Shown here piece after piece: positions 38,801 to 52,143 of a stretch of DNA of 64,000 nt (positions are counted from its first letter, which is position 1; each line of letters opens with the position of its first letter). Where the stretch lies: contig JAUGWO010000049.1 in the NCBI GenBank assembly GCA_049724395.1, forward strand, positions 1 through 64,000. The letters are read 5' to 3'. This DNA comes from Spongospora subterranea f. sp. subterranea. Taxonomy: Eukaryota. The notes under the pieces are model-generated. The model ran no database searches. It was given only the letters and a program-made list of their open reading frames with translations, and was not told the origin of the DNA. The position numbers and the translations under genes are program-made.

Positions 38801-40506
38801 TGCATATCAAATCCGTGCATGTACGTCCTCCGCGATGGCGATAATTTAGCCATTCTGGGACTATACGTTGATGACATGATATTGGCCCACAATCGTGATG
38901 GCATTTGCGAAGCAATCATCTCACGTTTGACCCAAGATGTTCAGGTTACCGATCTTGGCCAACCAACACGGATCCTTGGCATGAGTATAGTTTATAATTT
39001 GGATGCAGGCACCATATCCCTAAATCAGTCCGATTATATAAGAGATCTGATGATCCAGTTTAACATGACGTCCTGCAAACCTACCAAGACCCCTCATCAA
39101 CCGGGATATTACTTGGACATGAACATGAAGCCGAAGGATGAGGAAGAGCGTGCCAAGATGAAGTCCATTCCATACGGCAATCTAGTTGGAGCCCTAAATT
39201 ACATCTCCACTCACACTAGACCTGATATATCGACAGCAGTGGGGACCCTTTGCCGATTCATTTCCGACCCTGGTCCACTACACTGGACTGCAGCCAAGAG
39301 GGTATTGCAATACCTAGCTTGCACGCAACAGCATGGCCTGGTATACTCCAAGGGCGAGGAAAACGACATAACTGCTTGGTCTGACAGTGATTGGGGCCAG
39401 GACGTCGACACCAGACGATCCACAACAGGGTATTTAGTGAAATTAGCTGGATCGCCAATCAGCTGGAAGAGCAAGCGTCAACCCACAGTAGCAACGTCGT
39501 CAGTTCATGCTGAATACATGGCCACCTACGATACGGTTAGAGAAATAACTTGGTTAAGGACATTGTTAACGGAGTTAGGATATCCTCAACCTGGCCCGAG
39601 CAAAATATTCTGTGATAATCAAGGGTGCCTCGCAATAGCAAGTAATCTCCGAACCGACTCCAGGACTAAGCATATAGATATCAAGTTTCATTTTATCAGA
39701 GAGCAAGTTGGTAAAGGCTTCGTGAAACTGGACTATTGCCCCACTAGCGAGATGATTGCCGAACCGTTTGACACAGCCCGCGACGACTCCCAAGTTCATA
39801 TGGTGCCGATCATCCATGGGAATCAGAGATGTCGAATCGAGGGGGTCTGTTAAAACTCAAGACGATTAAGCATCTCTGATTCCCATGGATGATCGGCACC
39901 ATATGAAATTGTGAATCGCTTGAGTCATGACAGACCTGGTGGATCTGTGGTAAACATTATATATTGCTCTCCACGCTTGTGCTGAAGATTTGCACTGCGT
40001 GACGTTGGTAATGCGGGGCGACATTATCACTGATTAGATTCAGTCGAATTGAAGATAGAGCACGCAGGTCTTGACGGAACTGGGTCTGGGTGTTGACAAC
40101 GGGCAAGGCTTCGGACGGGCGCCCGTCTTGGTCCATTCCTATAATGTCTCCCAGAGCCTTGCCCGTTGTCAACACCCAGACCCAGTTCCGTCAAGACCTG
40201 CGTGCTCTATCTTTAATTCGACTGAATCTAATCAGTGATAATGTCGCCCGCATTACCAACGTCACGCAGTGCAAATCTTCAGCACAAGCGTGGAGAGCAA
40301 TATATAATGTTTACCACAGATCCACCAGGTCTGTCATGACTCAAGCGATTCACAATTTCATATGGTGCCGATCATCCATGGGAATCAGAGATGTCGAATC
40401 GAGGGGGTCTGTTAAAACTCAAGACGATTAAGCATCTCTGAGATGTATGGGGTTTCCCCTACTTATAGGCTGAAGGCCCGTCCCGCATGTTGCACGAATT
40501 CGAATA
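35813..40506 (+). mobile_element. Ty1/Copia LTR retrotransposon, decayed, with rearranged 3' end
   Basis: 5-bp TSD AGGTG (35808-35812 and 40507-40511). LTRs 35813-35942 and 40410-40506 (the latter has a 33-bp deletion). gag, protease (WTVDSACSQHM), integrase (SDNAGEY, PEQNGIAER), RT (KARLVAKG, LYVDDM), RNase H (SDSDW, KHIDIK). Integrase zinc finger is deleted. Confidence 0.97.
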
Positions 40507-41306
40507 AGGTGTTTTTACCGCTGCCCAGTACCTGTATACTAGTATATTGGCAATGTATTGGAATATAAATATATTAGGAATCATCCTGGTGAATGCGAAT
40601 TCAGCAATCAGCTTACAGTGTCGAGGTTCCCCGATAATAGACACGAATAAATGACGCCTTCCAGGTTCCGATAGCGCGAGTTATTCGGTTAATAGGAGAA
40701 ACTTATTTTGTCTTGAAAACGGTGTCATTGCATTCGCTTCAAGCAAGGTTAGATTTTTCATTGCGGCAAGGCATTGGTTGTTTTCGTCTACCCAGTATCG
40801 TATCTTAAAGCATTGTGACAACCTCTTTGCTTGATTCAGCATCCTCTGACGCCTTGAGACCAAGGTCAGACAAACTTGTCTCGTGATTCAATCAGCCGTT
40901 TGTAACATCCTCTAATGCTGACTCTCGGATGTTGTTGGACTTACCTTTGCAAGACTGAGAAAGATGAGGAAGCTTTGTTGGAGAAAAACTTTCAGATCCA
41001 TCATCAAAAACGCGCTCTGCAGTGACCGGCAATTAACATCTGCAAATTATTTCGCTTTGCGAAATGGCCAATAAGATTTCCCATCAATCGGATTAATCTT
41101 ATGATTTCTGACGTTTTCATTTGCATGTTATGCCCCTAAATACCGCAGTCAGATCCGTTATTCAAATTCTTGTTGACTTTCGGATCCGTGAACTGAGCAT
41201 TTGAATACACCTGTACCCCAATTCCATGAAGACTATGATAAGGTCCCATAAAGCATAATGTTGACCTTATACCTATTTAAAGTGCGTGTAATGGATGACC
41301 AATCTC

Positions 41307-41502
41307 ATACTTACCTTGAAGGTGCTCAGTGGTTCAGCCACACTATGGTCGATCAATAAGGACCGTGAGCTATCCTGGAGCGGCCCACCATGCACGCGTT
41401 GTAACATACGTAGGGTGTCTGTGAAAGGGATATGGCTTCGGCACATGCCGGGGTTGACTTCATAATTTATGAGTCGAGGGGCTCAGAGTTCGCTCTACCC
41501 CT
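41307..41502 (+). ncRNA. U1: U1 spliceosomal snRNA, copy 2
   Basis: Appears identical to 35520-35715; identity extends ~30 bp upstream and ~25 bp downstream. Confidence 0.95.
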
Positions 41503-41886
41503 GTCCAATTTAATTAAAACGAAGTGGATTCGATATTGATTTCCTTTGGAAAGTATTGATTCTGTGTCGGAAATTTTCAGAAGTACAATGCCATTCAAAA
41601 CAGCTAGTTTGGGCCTTGTCTCAGGGTGCGGACTCGTCTTTTTTATTACGAATATGGAACAACCGAAATCTTGAGGTTCGTCAGCTCAGTCAATAGTCGT
41701 GACTCGTGACAAAACCAGACTCCCCAATTTTACCCAAAGTCGCCTACAGCAATCGAGCGTAAGGTATAGAGGCTAGAGCGTTGATCAACAGGTTAAGCCA
41801 ATCGAACTCCGCAACTTATCAGTGTATTCCGTCCTTTTACGCGTTGGTACATTGTCAAACTGATTAAGCGCCCTGATTGGGCGATA

Positions 41887-44770
41887 ATGTCGACGCCATC
41901 TTATTTTGTCGAGCATCGGCGTGGAGAAGTGGCCGAGCTGCAGACCTTGCTTCGGAATCCGAAACTGACCCCACAGCGAAAACGCGGCGTCGTCGAAAGG
42001 GTCATTGCTTATATGACGTTAGGAATTGACGTATCGAATCTATTTACAGATATGATTATGGTAAGTAAGGAGCTTAATTTTTATAAGACAGATGTAATTC
42101 CGATGCGTTATTTCACAGGCAATTCATACTAAAGATTTAGTGCAAAAAAAAATGGTGTATCTGTACATTTCGACCTTTGCTATAAAAAAACCCGAGACTA
42201 CCCTCTTGGCCATCAATACGCTCCAAAAGGATTGCCGCGATGACGATCCGATGGTTCGCGGATTGGCTCTTCGCAGTCTATGCTCCCTCAGGTCCATCTC
42301 GCTCTATTTGTTCATTTTTTTAAGCCATTAACCAAAATTTAGAGTTCCACAACTGTTAGAATATGTCATGCTGCCGATCAGAAAAGGTCTCAACGATCCT
42401 AGCCCATACGTCCGGAAGGCGGCTGTTGTGGGCTGTGCAAAAATCCATTTTTTATCCCCCGCAACGGTTAAAGGTTTTCAATTTATTATCAATTTTGATT
42501 GTGTATATTGATTTAAAGGGTTTTGCTAGAATCTGATATAATTGATATATTGTATAATATGCTGAAAGACCGGGATCCAGTTGTCGTGGATAATGTCATT
42601 AAAGCCCTCAACGAGTGAGCGGCTTAGTTATGTCAGAACCCTCTTTAACATTTGCATGTAGTATATTATCTGATGAAGGCGGCATTGTCATCAACAAGCA
42701 GATCGTTTTCCACCTTCTCAACAGGATACGCGATTTTCATGAATGGGCGCAGTGCACAAATACTGGAAATCATCGCAAGATACATGCCAGAATCGTCCGA
42801 TGAGATGTTCGACATCATGAATTTACTGGAAGACAGGTTAAAACACGCCAACAGTGCAGTTGTCATGGGGACTGTGAAGGTGTTCCTCTTCTTTACGAGT
42901 TCGTTCCCTCAAATTCACCGCGGAGTCTACGACAGGATTAAAGGTCGATTTGCCGTGTTTATTTTCCAGCATTGTTTGAAATTTTTTCAGCGCCGTTACT
43001 CACCTTTATCGGCGGAACTAATCATCATATTTCCTATCCAATTTTGGCACATGTCAAGTTGTTAGCCGGGCGTGTTCCAGGAGTCTTCGACGATCAGTTC
43101 AAATCTTTTTTTTTGCGGCACAATGATCCTGTATGTATTAAGGTTCTAAAACTGGATATTTTATCGAGGCTTGCCAACCCTTCCAACGGGAGCGAGATTT
43201 TGGCTGAACTCAGTGAGTATGTTGCCGATTCAAGCCCTGAGATTGTCAGCAAAGCAATCGGAACAATTGGGTATTTGGCTGTGAATGTTGAAGAGGTTAG
43301 GTCAGGAAATTCAATACAATCAGCATCTGTAATGGTCTCTGCAGGTTGTTGATGAGGCAATTGAGCACTTGTTGAGCTTTCTGGACCTGAGCATGGAAGC
43401 TGTCAGTGCCCAAACATGCGTTGTCATTAAGGATCTACTAAGGAAGTACCCTGAGCGTCACGAAGACATGCTACCAGCTCTTTACAGAACCCTTAAAACA
43501 GTAACCGATGAAGAAAGCAAAGTTGGGTTCTGATCTCGATCATGGATGCCCTCATCTAAGACGTATTTAGGTTTCAGCAATCTGGATTTTTGGGGAGTAT
43601 GGAGATAAAATATCTGACGCGCCCTATGTGTTAGAAGACTTGATTGATCAGTATGTTCTGTTCAGTACTGGTTCATGAACTTGCTAATCCGTGCCCAGGT
43701 TTGATTCCGAAACGTCGTGCCTGGTCCGGTCTGAATTGCTTTCAGCTGCCGTTAAGCTGTTTTTTAAGCGTCCTCCTGAAATGCAGAAAATGCTCGGGAG
43801 ATTGCTACGGTCTGCGATTGCGGATAAAGAGCAGCAGGTAGTGTCACGATTTCAATTCTGTGCATGATGGGATTTAATGATGAACGTTAGGTCATTGTCA
43901 GAGATCGCGCTCTCCTTTATTATCAACTATTGAAGCGCGATGTTAATGTAGCATCCCAGATAATTAACTGCCCTCAACCCTGTGTGGACATTTTCGCTGA
44001 AACCTTCAATACGGACCTCAATCACCGTCTTTATCGAGAATTTAACTCTGTTAGTCGTTTAGTCTGACTTCGATCCTGTATCTGATACTCTGTAGCTTGC
44101 CGTTGTGTACGAGAGGTCGATATCTGCGGCTCCGATAGTTCCTGGTGCCCCTGTAGTTCATACTGAACAGCCATCTCCCTCAGACAGCGTCGATGATCTC
44201 GTTTTGAAACCAGTGGACCCCGTCCCTGCTTTCGAGGATCTTCTTTCTTTGGACTTTGGCTCCATGGGAATCACCACTAAAGCAGAACCCTCATCCAAAT
44301 CTGAAAATGTAGTGTTTTTACAAAAGTGATTCGATTTTTTTATTGAATGGTGGTTATTAATTTTAGTTTCTTTCGGAACAACCGATTTGTGACGCAGCTA
44401 CATTTCAGTCCCAATGGGGAATTTTGAAAAACGCAGATATGGTTGAGATGACGCTGCGGTCTGACCAAGATCCGTCTCATATTGAGTCCATATTGGGTCA
44501 TCAATATATCACTGCCATTGCTTCTGGTGCTCTCGATGAAAACCTAAAAATGTACTTTTTTGCTCAAGAGGTATTGTCCGACCCAGTTTTTTCTTGATTC
44601 ACGTTTCAAATTGTGCATCTGAGTAGGCCTCATCTCATTGTCTTGGATTATTAGAAATTCTGGTGTCTCTTCGTACAGGTTTGCTTCGTGCGACTTTCAA
44701 ATCCAGCGAGGTTGCCTTTGCTAAGAGGCTATCAACGCTGGTTAGCACTATCTTACAAAGTCCATTCTAA
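41887..44770 (+). CDS. AP4B1: Adaptor protein complex beta subunit, AP-4 beta-like; multi-exon
   Basis: [76 protein letters not shown], short ear domain IASG..KMYFFAQ. Confidence 0.9.
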
Positions 44771-45079
44771 TACATAATATTTTCCTTTCTAAGAGCGCCC
44801 TCAAGCGAGTTTAGAGCATTTCTCCTTGAAATATGGGTTATAAGGCATTACCAACAGGCACTTGAGATACAGCATTGAAAACTGTGCATTCCATGGAACC
44901 AGAGGGAAAGCCCTCGTGCAGTACTCACACCTACAGATAATAGACCCTTTGTTTTACTGCGTTTCGGTCAATTTAAGCAGGTTCATAAAATAGCACGATC
45001 GGCAATCAGATATTTTCAGCTAATTTTCAACCGAATCTGTAGGACGTTCTACTATTGAGATTGGACATTCAGGAATACA

Positions 45080-45978
45080 ATGATGGAAGGGGACGAATCG
45101 ATATACCAGATGATCGTTGCGAGTAAAACAGCTGCGCAGCGCCCTCCACGTTATGTCAGCAAATATCCTGGAATTCTAGCGCCAACTGGGAGTACATTTG
45201 GCCCATCAACGGCAACACAGGTTCCAGTCACCAATCTGGCCGGCGCTTTCAATCTACAACGTCCAGTCCATGACCATTGTCGCAACGGGCTGTTCGGGCC
45301 TGGGAAATCCGGTCGTCAGGTTCCGGACCAGTTTTTGAAGAAGGGATCGGGAGCTGCTCGTATTCCTGCACCAGCTGCCACCGAGGCCTACCTTCGTCGT
45401 CATATTGTTCGCATTCCACCTATCGTGCATCGCACAGATCAACCAATATCTGGCCTGACCACAACCCGTGACTATATCAAGTCTAACGCCATTACAGCGA
45501 TCTTATCCGATCCAGTTATCAGGCCCAATCCATCACTGGAAAACTATTTCTGTATGGGAAAACACAGTAAGAGCGAAACGCGTTGATACTGTAAAATTCT
45601 GTACCGATCAAGGTGGTTTTTGATGCAGAGTCATTCGGTTCAGTTCCTGCGTATCTACGTAAGGTCCAGGCCCAGATTGAAAAGGAAGAACTATGGATTC
45701 GTGGACGAATGGAAGAGTCAGAAGCTAAGGCCAAATCAGTCAATACCGAATTCGATGTCCTTCCCGAAGAGGAGCGAGTGCAGTTATTATCGGGGCTGAA
45801 GCAGAAATGGCAAGAAGTGAACCATCAGTATCAATCCATGACGCATATCGTTAAGATCGATACGATCTCCAAGGTTCGCATGAAAGAGCGATATGAGTCC
45901 ATGTTGAGCCAGTTGGAGAAAGATATCGATAGGCTATCGAAAGGCAACGTCATCATTCGTCGTGATACAACAGATTGA
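45080..45978 (+). CDS. ENKUR: Enkurin (one intron ~45567-45628)
   Basis: ESIYQ.I, RYVSKY, PTGSTFG, GLTTTRDYIKSNA, FGSVPAYL, LPEEERVQLLSGLKQKW, QLEKDIDRL. Confidence 0.9.
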
Positions 45979-46088
45979 GACAGTATCAAGGCGCGTCGTT
46001 CAAAATCAGACGATCATTTGCCATATATTTATATACATTTATTACGATCGAATAGATAAAATCAAGCAATGCGATTTCAATAATAAAG

Positions 46089-48266
46089 CTAAGTGAGCGT
46101 GAATAGATCTCGACTAAACATGAACTGTTTGTTCTTATATATAACCGGAGCAATGTATCCTGTTCCCTGAAGAAATATCCCAATCCTGATTGACCTTTGC
46201 CTTGACAATCCGAGTTCCTCAAGCCGGCTGCATAAAGACCTTCCCGTCCATCCGGTAAACCGTCCCCCGAATCGCCAATGTTCGCCTACTGCAGTGACGT
46301 CTTTGATTTGACGTAAGCTTAGACATCCAGTGTGATCGCTAGTTGCAAGTGGCGTCTGATTTGACAGAAATGTTTCGACCACATCGATGGTATCTTCGCC
46401 TTGAGGCGAGAATAATCGGGATAAATGCCCGATTGCTTGTAAGCGCTTAGAAGGGCATTCCGAGTTTCGGTTGAACTCGAACATGATCTCTACTGTGGCT
46501 AGGTAATTTGAAGGTTGACGTAGCTTAAGGGAATACAATGTCGTGAAAAGCTGGACATCTTCAAAAAATCGTGAAAACTCGGCCGCTTTCTGATGAAGAG
46601 CGTGTTCGGCGGGCGACCCTGGTGTGGAATCCTGATACTCCTCATCGCATCCAAGAACTTTCAGCAGTCTTAGCGTCGATTTGATGAGCGTACTATCTAT
46701 AGGGTTTAAGGTCCCATCTTTCCCTAACGATAGACTGAGAACATTCTGCAATGGACCATCTAATGACGTATTCGACGATTTCACAAGCACTACGAACGCC
46801 AGATGAGAAATTAGAGGGACAGACTACAGATCGCACAGGTGCTTACCCGTTTCCTTAACGACGCTGAGTAAATTCAATAGATTGGTCCACTGTTTTGTGT
46901 CGAACTCGTCCTGAGGAAAATGTTTGCGATCCAGTTTCTGAATGGTGCCGATGACTATTCGTGTTGCCATTTCGGGACCAACGCTGCCGACAGCCCTTTG
47001 GAGAACTGACCGAAACAGTTTTGGGTAATCGTCGGCGGTCACGAATTGATGTGTTTGAATGGTCGATATAATCTCCAGGATTTGAGCAGCAATCACCGAA
47101 TTGCTTTGCCAGATATCGTACAGGGCGATCAAGAACATGAACCAGTCGGGTTCGCTTGAGAGAATGATGTCACAGTTCCTGACGCTATCAATCAGACTCA
47201 GCAAGTCTGCTAGACCATGATGAGCACAATCATAAGGCGCTGACAGCAATGCCATGATGTACGCGTTCCAGATCGTCGGACGAACAACCGGACCGTATTC
47301 GATAACAGGATGAACAGAGGTGGTGGTGTTGAACGGAGGGCATTGTTTCATATAATTAACAAGATCGGGTTGAACCGCTATCAACAGCAACGCCTTTTGA
47401 ACATGTTTTGTGAAATGACCAGCAATATGCGTTCGAAGGAAGGTCTCGAAACCCGATATGAACTGGCGGCAGATTCGACAGGATGGAGAGGCGATGGAAT
47501 GATCAACAGCTGGACAGGTGTGGTGCGATTGCCTATGTTGATCGTATATAGACCAGGCCAATATCACAGACAGTGTCTGGAGTTGATTACCATGACGACC
47601 TTGGACCATCTCCAACAGGAAGGCGCTAGATATGAAATTGGCGGCCATCATCGTCCGAACCAGCAATGTATGAACGTATCGAACCCGAGATGCATTATCC
47701 GTCTCCAAACCGAGGTCTTCGTCGCTCTTTGAAATAAAGGAAGCTGAGGCGTTGGTAAGATCGTCGACGAGGGTGAGTAGAAGTTGAGGAAGAGGTCCAA
47801 TGTCGCCGATAACCTGTAGGATATATTCCTGCGGGAGAGAAGGCATGATCGTATTGTTTGGATTGTGAGATGCGAGTTGAGTGATGGCCTGTCGCGATAA
47901 CTGAACCTGTAAACCAGTGATTGTTGTGCCGGGTTCGGGATCGGAACAGGAGCTCGTGAACCGCCTGCAGCCGTTGACAACGGCGAGCCAGACGAGGGAG
48001 GTGGCGGGTCGGTCATGATGGGCGGTGATGGTCATGGGATAGGGTGTGGTCGTTGATGAGCGGTTTAGGGCGCCCTCAACATGACCCAATCCCATATGAG
48101 TATGGTTGATATGTGGTGGTGGGACAATAATATCCCCCATTATAGTGGGGTCGGTCACTGATCCAACCGCCGCCGCCTTCCTCCTTCTTCTCAATACCCT
48201 CCTCCATAATCGACCAAACATTCTGAATAAACTGATTCTCGAATAACGGCGCCGTCTGAAAATCAT
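46089..48266 (-). CDS. Hypothetical alpha-helical protein (two long exons, intron ~46792-46846)
   Basis: ORFs of 480 and 233 aa joined by a GTAAGC...AG intron; no recognised domain. Confidence 0.7.
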
Positions 48267-48572
48267 CGCCTAACGATCCTTTGGTTGTTCCCGAATGTTC
48301 CTGTTGGGAATATAGATGGTGAGCTACGGGTCGGGTCGGTGACCGTCGCCCCGTTTCTCACCTCGGTCCTGTGCTCAGCGATGTTTGGGACATTCTTCTA
48401 TAAATTCCTGATCAGATATAATGACCGAGCCGGTTCACCTACAACACGATAATCAATACCTAAAAGGGATCCGCCGAACCGCCCCCGGACCTTATTTAGG
48501 CACTTTGTTAATTGGCGGAGTGTCAAGGACTATAAACCCGATTACATTGTTAAAAATCTATGGATTATTTAT

Positions 48573-49880
48573 TTAATTTCTTGGAGCATGTTCCAGATAG
48601 ATGGTGGTACTTGGAATGAGACTTTGTTTGAGTTGCGGTGGGTCCATGGGCCTTTCTCTTACGGTTGTAGGGAATATGGCAACGATGATGGCGAGAGCGG
48701 CGATTAGGGCGGCGAATATCGAGGCACCTGTTGACATGCCCACATATTGCAATAAGAGGCCACCGATAATTGGGCCGACTGTCTCTCCCAGACTATACGA
48801 TGCGATAAGAACCCCAGACATGACATCAGTGGCTCCCAGGCCAAGGTGTTGGGTTAGGGTAACCATCTGAGGGGCAACAGGGACCACAATGATTGCACAG
48901 CCGATACTCAGGAAGAACAGGGACGACGTTTGCAATAAGAGTGTGCGAGGGATACCAACAGGAGCTGGACCCAGCACGCAGAGTGAAGCAGAACTCAAGG
49001 CTAGCCCGAATATGATCATAGGGCGAGTGTGTGTTTCGGTGGCAGCCCATCCGATGATGGGGGATGCTAAAGCGTAGATGGCGCTGATAAGGACAAACAA
49101 CAGTCCGATTGAGGAAGATGACACATCCTGAGACGATAGCTCGGGCTGCAATACTAGGTCAAGGAAACTGAAAACGGTCATTCCAGCAACAGATGCCAGG
49201 AAGATCAACGGAACTCCAGGACATGATAGAATATCTCCAACCGTGATATTAGATGCCACGCGAAATGATGAATGCCGCCTTGGAATGAGGAAGACTAATG
49301 GAATCATAGTTACTAGAATGACGACACCGATCACATAGAATGGCAACCGGTATCCACCGTAATCGAACAATATTCCACCAAGAAAAGGGCCCAACATGTA
49401 TCCGGCGCTACCACAGACCTCAAGGGCGCCCGAAACCTTACCAAACTCGTCGGGAAACAATGTTGCCATCAGTGCACTCGATCCGGTAGAGGCGGCAGCA
49501 CTGCCTGCGCCCTGGACGATACGGATGAATGAGGCCAAGACCATAAATCGAGTTCCATAGAAAATATCGATGAGGGCGAAGGCTGCAGTACTGATCCCCA
49601 AAAGAAGACCACCGAACAGTATTAACATTTTGGGGCCAAAAAGAGGGACCAATTTACCGCAGATGGGAGCAGCGACTAAGACGGCAAGAGGGAAAATGGA
49701 GAGAATAGATCCAGCTGCAACCAGCGATATTCCATGCCGAACAGCTTCACCTGGGAAAAAAGGTCCCACCAAAGACAAAGGCAGAACCAGAACCAGGCTG
49801 AGAAGACACAGAACAAAGAACGCCAGTCTTCTTGACGGTATCAGGGGTAAGCCATCCAGTGACTCATATGTGACGCTCAA
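48573..49880 (-). CDS. MFS transporter (SLC18B1-like); start uncertain
   Basis: About 12 hydrophobic segments; GPFFP, RIVQGAGSA, GYMLGPFLGGILFDYGGYRLPF, SLGETVGPIIGG. Confidence 0.92.
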   Translation of the reverse strand: MSVTYESLDGLPLIPSRRLAFFVLCLLSLVLVLPLSLVGPFFPGEAVRHGISLVAAGSILSIFPLAVLVAAPICGKLVPLFGPKMLILFGGLLLGISTAAFALIDIFYGTRFMVLASFIRIVQGAGSAAASTGSSALMATLFPDEFGKVSGALEVCGSAGYMLGPFLGGILFDYGGYRLPFYVIGVVILVTMIPLVFLIPRRHSSFRVASNITVGDILSCPGVPLIFLASVAGMTVFSFLDLVLQPELSSQDVSSSSIGLLFVLISAIYALASPIIGWAATETHTRPMIIFGLALSSASLCVLGPAPVGIPRTLLLQTSSLFFLSIGCAIIVVPVAPQMVTLTQHLGLGATDVMSGVLIASYSLGETVGPIIGGLLLQYVGMSTGASIFAALIAALAIIVAIFPTTVRERPMDPPQLKQSLIPSTTIYLEHAPRN

Positions 49881-51049
49881 TTGTGGCGACCTGGAATGAG
49901 AGCTGCTCCCGTTTTCCCTGATTTGGAGGGAGTAATGGGCTTGACGGCATTGGCTGGCCTGGATTGGATATGGGAGAAATACGATCTAATCCATATGAGG
50001 GAAACGTCATCCGATAATGTTCAGGAAAAAGGGTGTTGGATTATCAGCAACAGGAAGTGTATGTTGGGATAGACTCACACGACTTGTAAAGGGTTCCGTC
50101 CACGGGCTGCCCCCCCAACTGAACAATGTCTCAATGCGCCGCGGACTTGTCGAAATCTGGCGATTGATCGCAATGTGGGAGGGCGAGTGCTTGTTCAACT
50201 TCGACCATGTTCCGATCCGTTGACTCAACATCCGGAGATCATTGCAATAAAAAACCTTCTCCTCTGCGTACACAATTTTCTCGTAGCGACGGAATAAGTT
50301 TCGGTGTGTATTCGTCACATTCGCCAATGCCTCAACGTCAGAATCACTGACAGGCGAGACCCGAAACGCATCAGCATCAAAGTAATTCATCGTTCCGTGG
50401 GAATCGGTACATGTTGGAATATTACCAGTAGGTTAGCCGAATTCGACAATACTGTTAACCCAAAAAACACACCAAAGAACTGTGAGATTCATACTCGCTG
50501 ACCATAAGGTTCTGTGCCTTCCATCGATTGTCGACATATTGACTCCATTTTACGTATCAACATTTGAGTTTCGCTAGACCGCTTGGGGATGGTGTATTAG
50601 TTTGGTGGTACTGGTGAGAGAGGTCGGGTCCGTTTCGCGTCGACCGTCTGATCTTCTTTGCTCACGATCCTTTATACAATTCCAGCACACACAACAGCCG
50701 ACGGCAGCGACTGCAGAAATAACGTTCATCAGCGATGTGATGATAGCAACCATTTTGAATGCCGTCGGCTGTTGCGTGTGTGTCAACTGTGTAAAAGATC
50801 GTGAGCAAAGAAGATCAGACGGTCGACGCGAAAGGGCTTATTCCTTCTCCAAATTTGTTGATGATCTATACAGAGAGCTGTGGCGTTTCGACCGGGAAAC
50901 TGTTCTGATTGCCAATTTATTGGAATATATATGTGAAAGCAGCGGTGCCGTTGGAAGATTTGGATGGAATCGCAACTTTTACCTCGATTGCTGACGCTGC
51001 AAAATTGGACAAGAGACTGCTCCAAAGCATATTGAAATCAAATGGTTGG

Positions 51050-51950
51050 CGATAAAACTGGCCTTATTCCACGCAGTTGTTTGAAATGGGACTCTTATTT
51101 CGAACAGAGGCGACAGTAAACACATTTTTTGAACTCGGAGAAAATTGCAACACGATTAATTTTGTCAGATGTCTTTGAGAATAGATATCGCCCAACAGCC
51201 TGCAGAACATGGAACCGACACAGCAACAGATCAACCCCTGGGAACACTTTCTTTACGGCATTGCGGCATCGCATGATCGGTCATTATGATTTTGGCTTCC
51301 CACTTTGAGTCAAAATCCAGTTGAACTGTCAAACAGCAAAGTCTCAAAAGCGTCGGTATAGGCGGCCTCCGATTTTTCGCCAGTGATAATCATTCCGATC
51401 GGAAGCGCCCCAACATATGTCGCCACCATATCAAACGACACCACAAGACTGTGTCAACAGTTCCGGTGGAATCGATAAAACTGCTCTGGCATTCGACTGG
51501 GAAATTTTTGTCGAACACGCGTCATCACAGGGGTTGAGATTGCGATTGTAAAGTCGGATCCGACAATTTGCGGTCGCTGGAAGCTTATACTGCCACCAGA
51601 CGCTGCATTCTTGACGTTATGCTCCTGGCAGTACTTTCCTATGTTTGACACTAACCCAGCTCCATTTTGCTCTCCGTTATGAGAACTTTCGCGCCCTTTC
51701 AGATATCGCACTTGGTTCCAGGTCGGGCGAATTGACAAATCCGCCAGTATGGCCTCGACCCCGCGCCATTTCCGGTGTTAGCAAAAGCCCCAGTCGCATA
51801 TTGCAAGCGGACGTTGTCTCGTATCGCGTCATATGCTTTTGTGCAGCGTTACGGCGGGTCGCTCTATAACAATCCGTGGCAATTCTGCGATCAATCTCCG
51901 TACAAATCTTGTTAGGGAAACTGTCCGGAGAGTCTCTCTGCAATGATATC
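51050..51950 (-). mobile_element. MULE transposase remnant (catalytic region)
   Basis: DFTIAISTPVMTRV, VGALPIGMIITGEKSEAAYTDAF, IIMTD, LLLCRFHVLQAV across frameshifts. Confidence 0.8.
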
Positions 51951-52143
51951 TGCTATTAGAGTAGCTCTGCTGGGCCCGTCTGTCGTGGCCACCCGATCAG
52001 ATCCCCAGCTGCACACATTGTCGTGCTTGTTCTGTGATCTTGTGCTGAAGTCGTTCGGTGGAGTAGCGCGACATTTGCATCGGGATCATCCGGATCGTTC
52101 GAATTTCCCGGTTCTATTCTACGGGCGAATTAACGATGCGGTC

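Noticed and set aside
35490..41527. 250-bp direct repeats as LTRs of a larger element
   Set aside because: They are U1 snRNA genes; the true Copia LTRs and TSD lie inside them.
28990..42770. Pseudogenisation or programmed frameshifting in the CFAP210-like, C2H2 and AP-4 beta genes
   Set aside because: Single-base indels in short runs (~29000, ~32850, ~42758) within otherwise intact conserved genes are more simply assembly errors.
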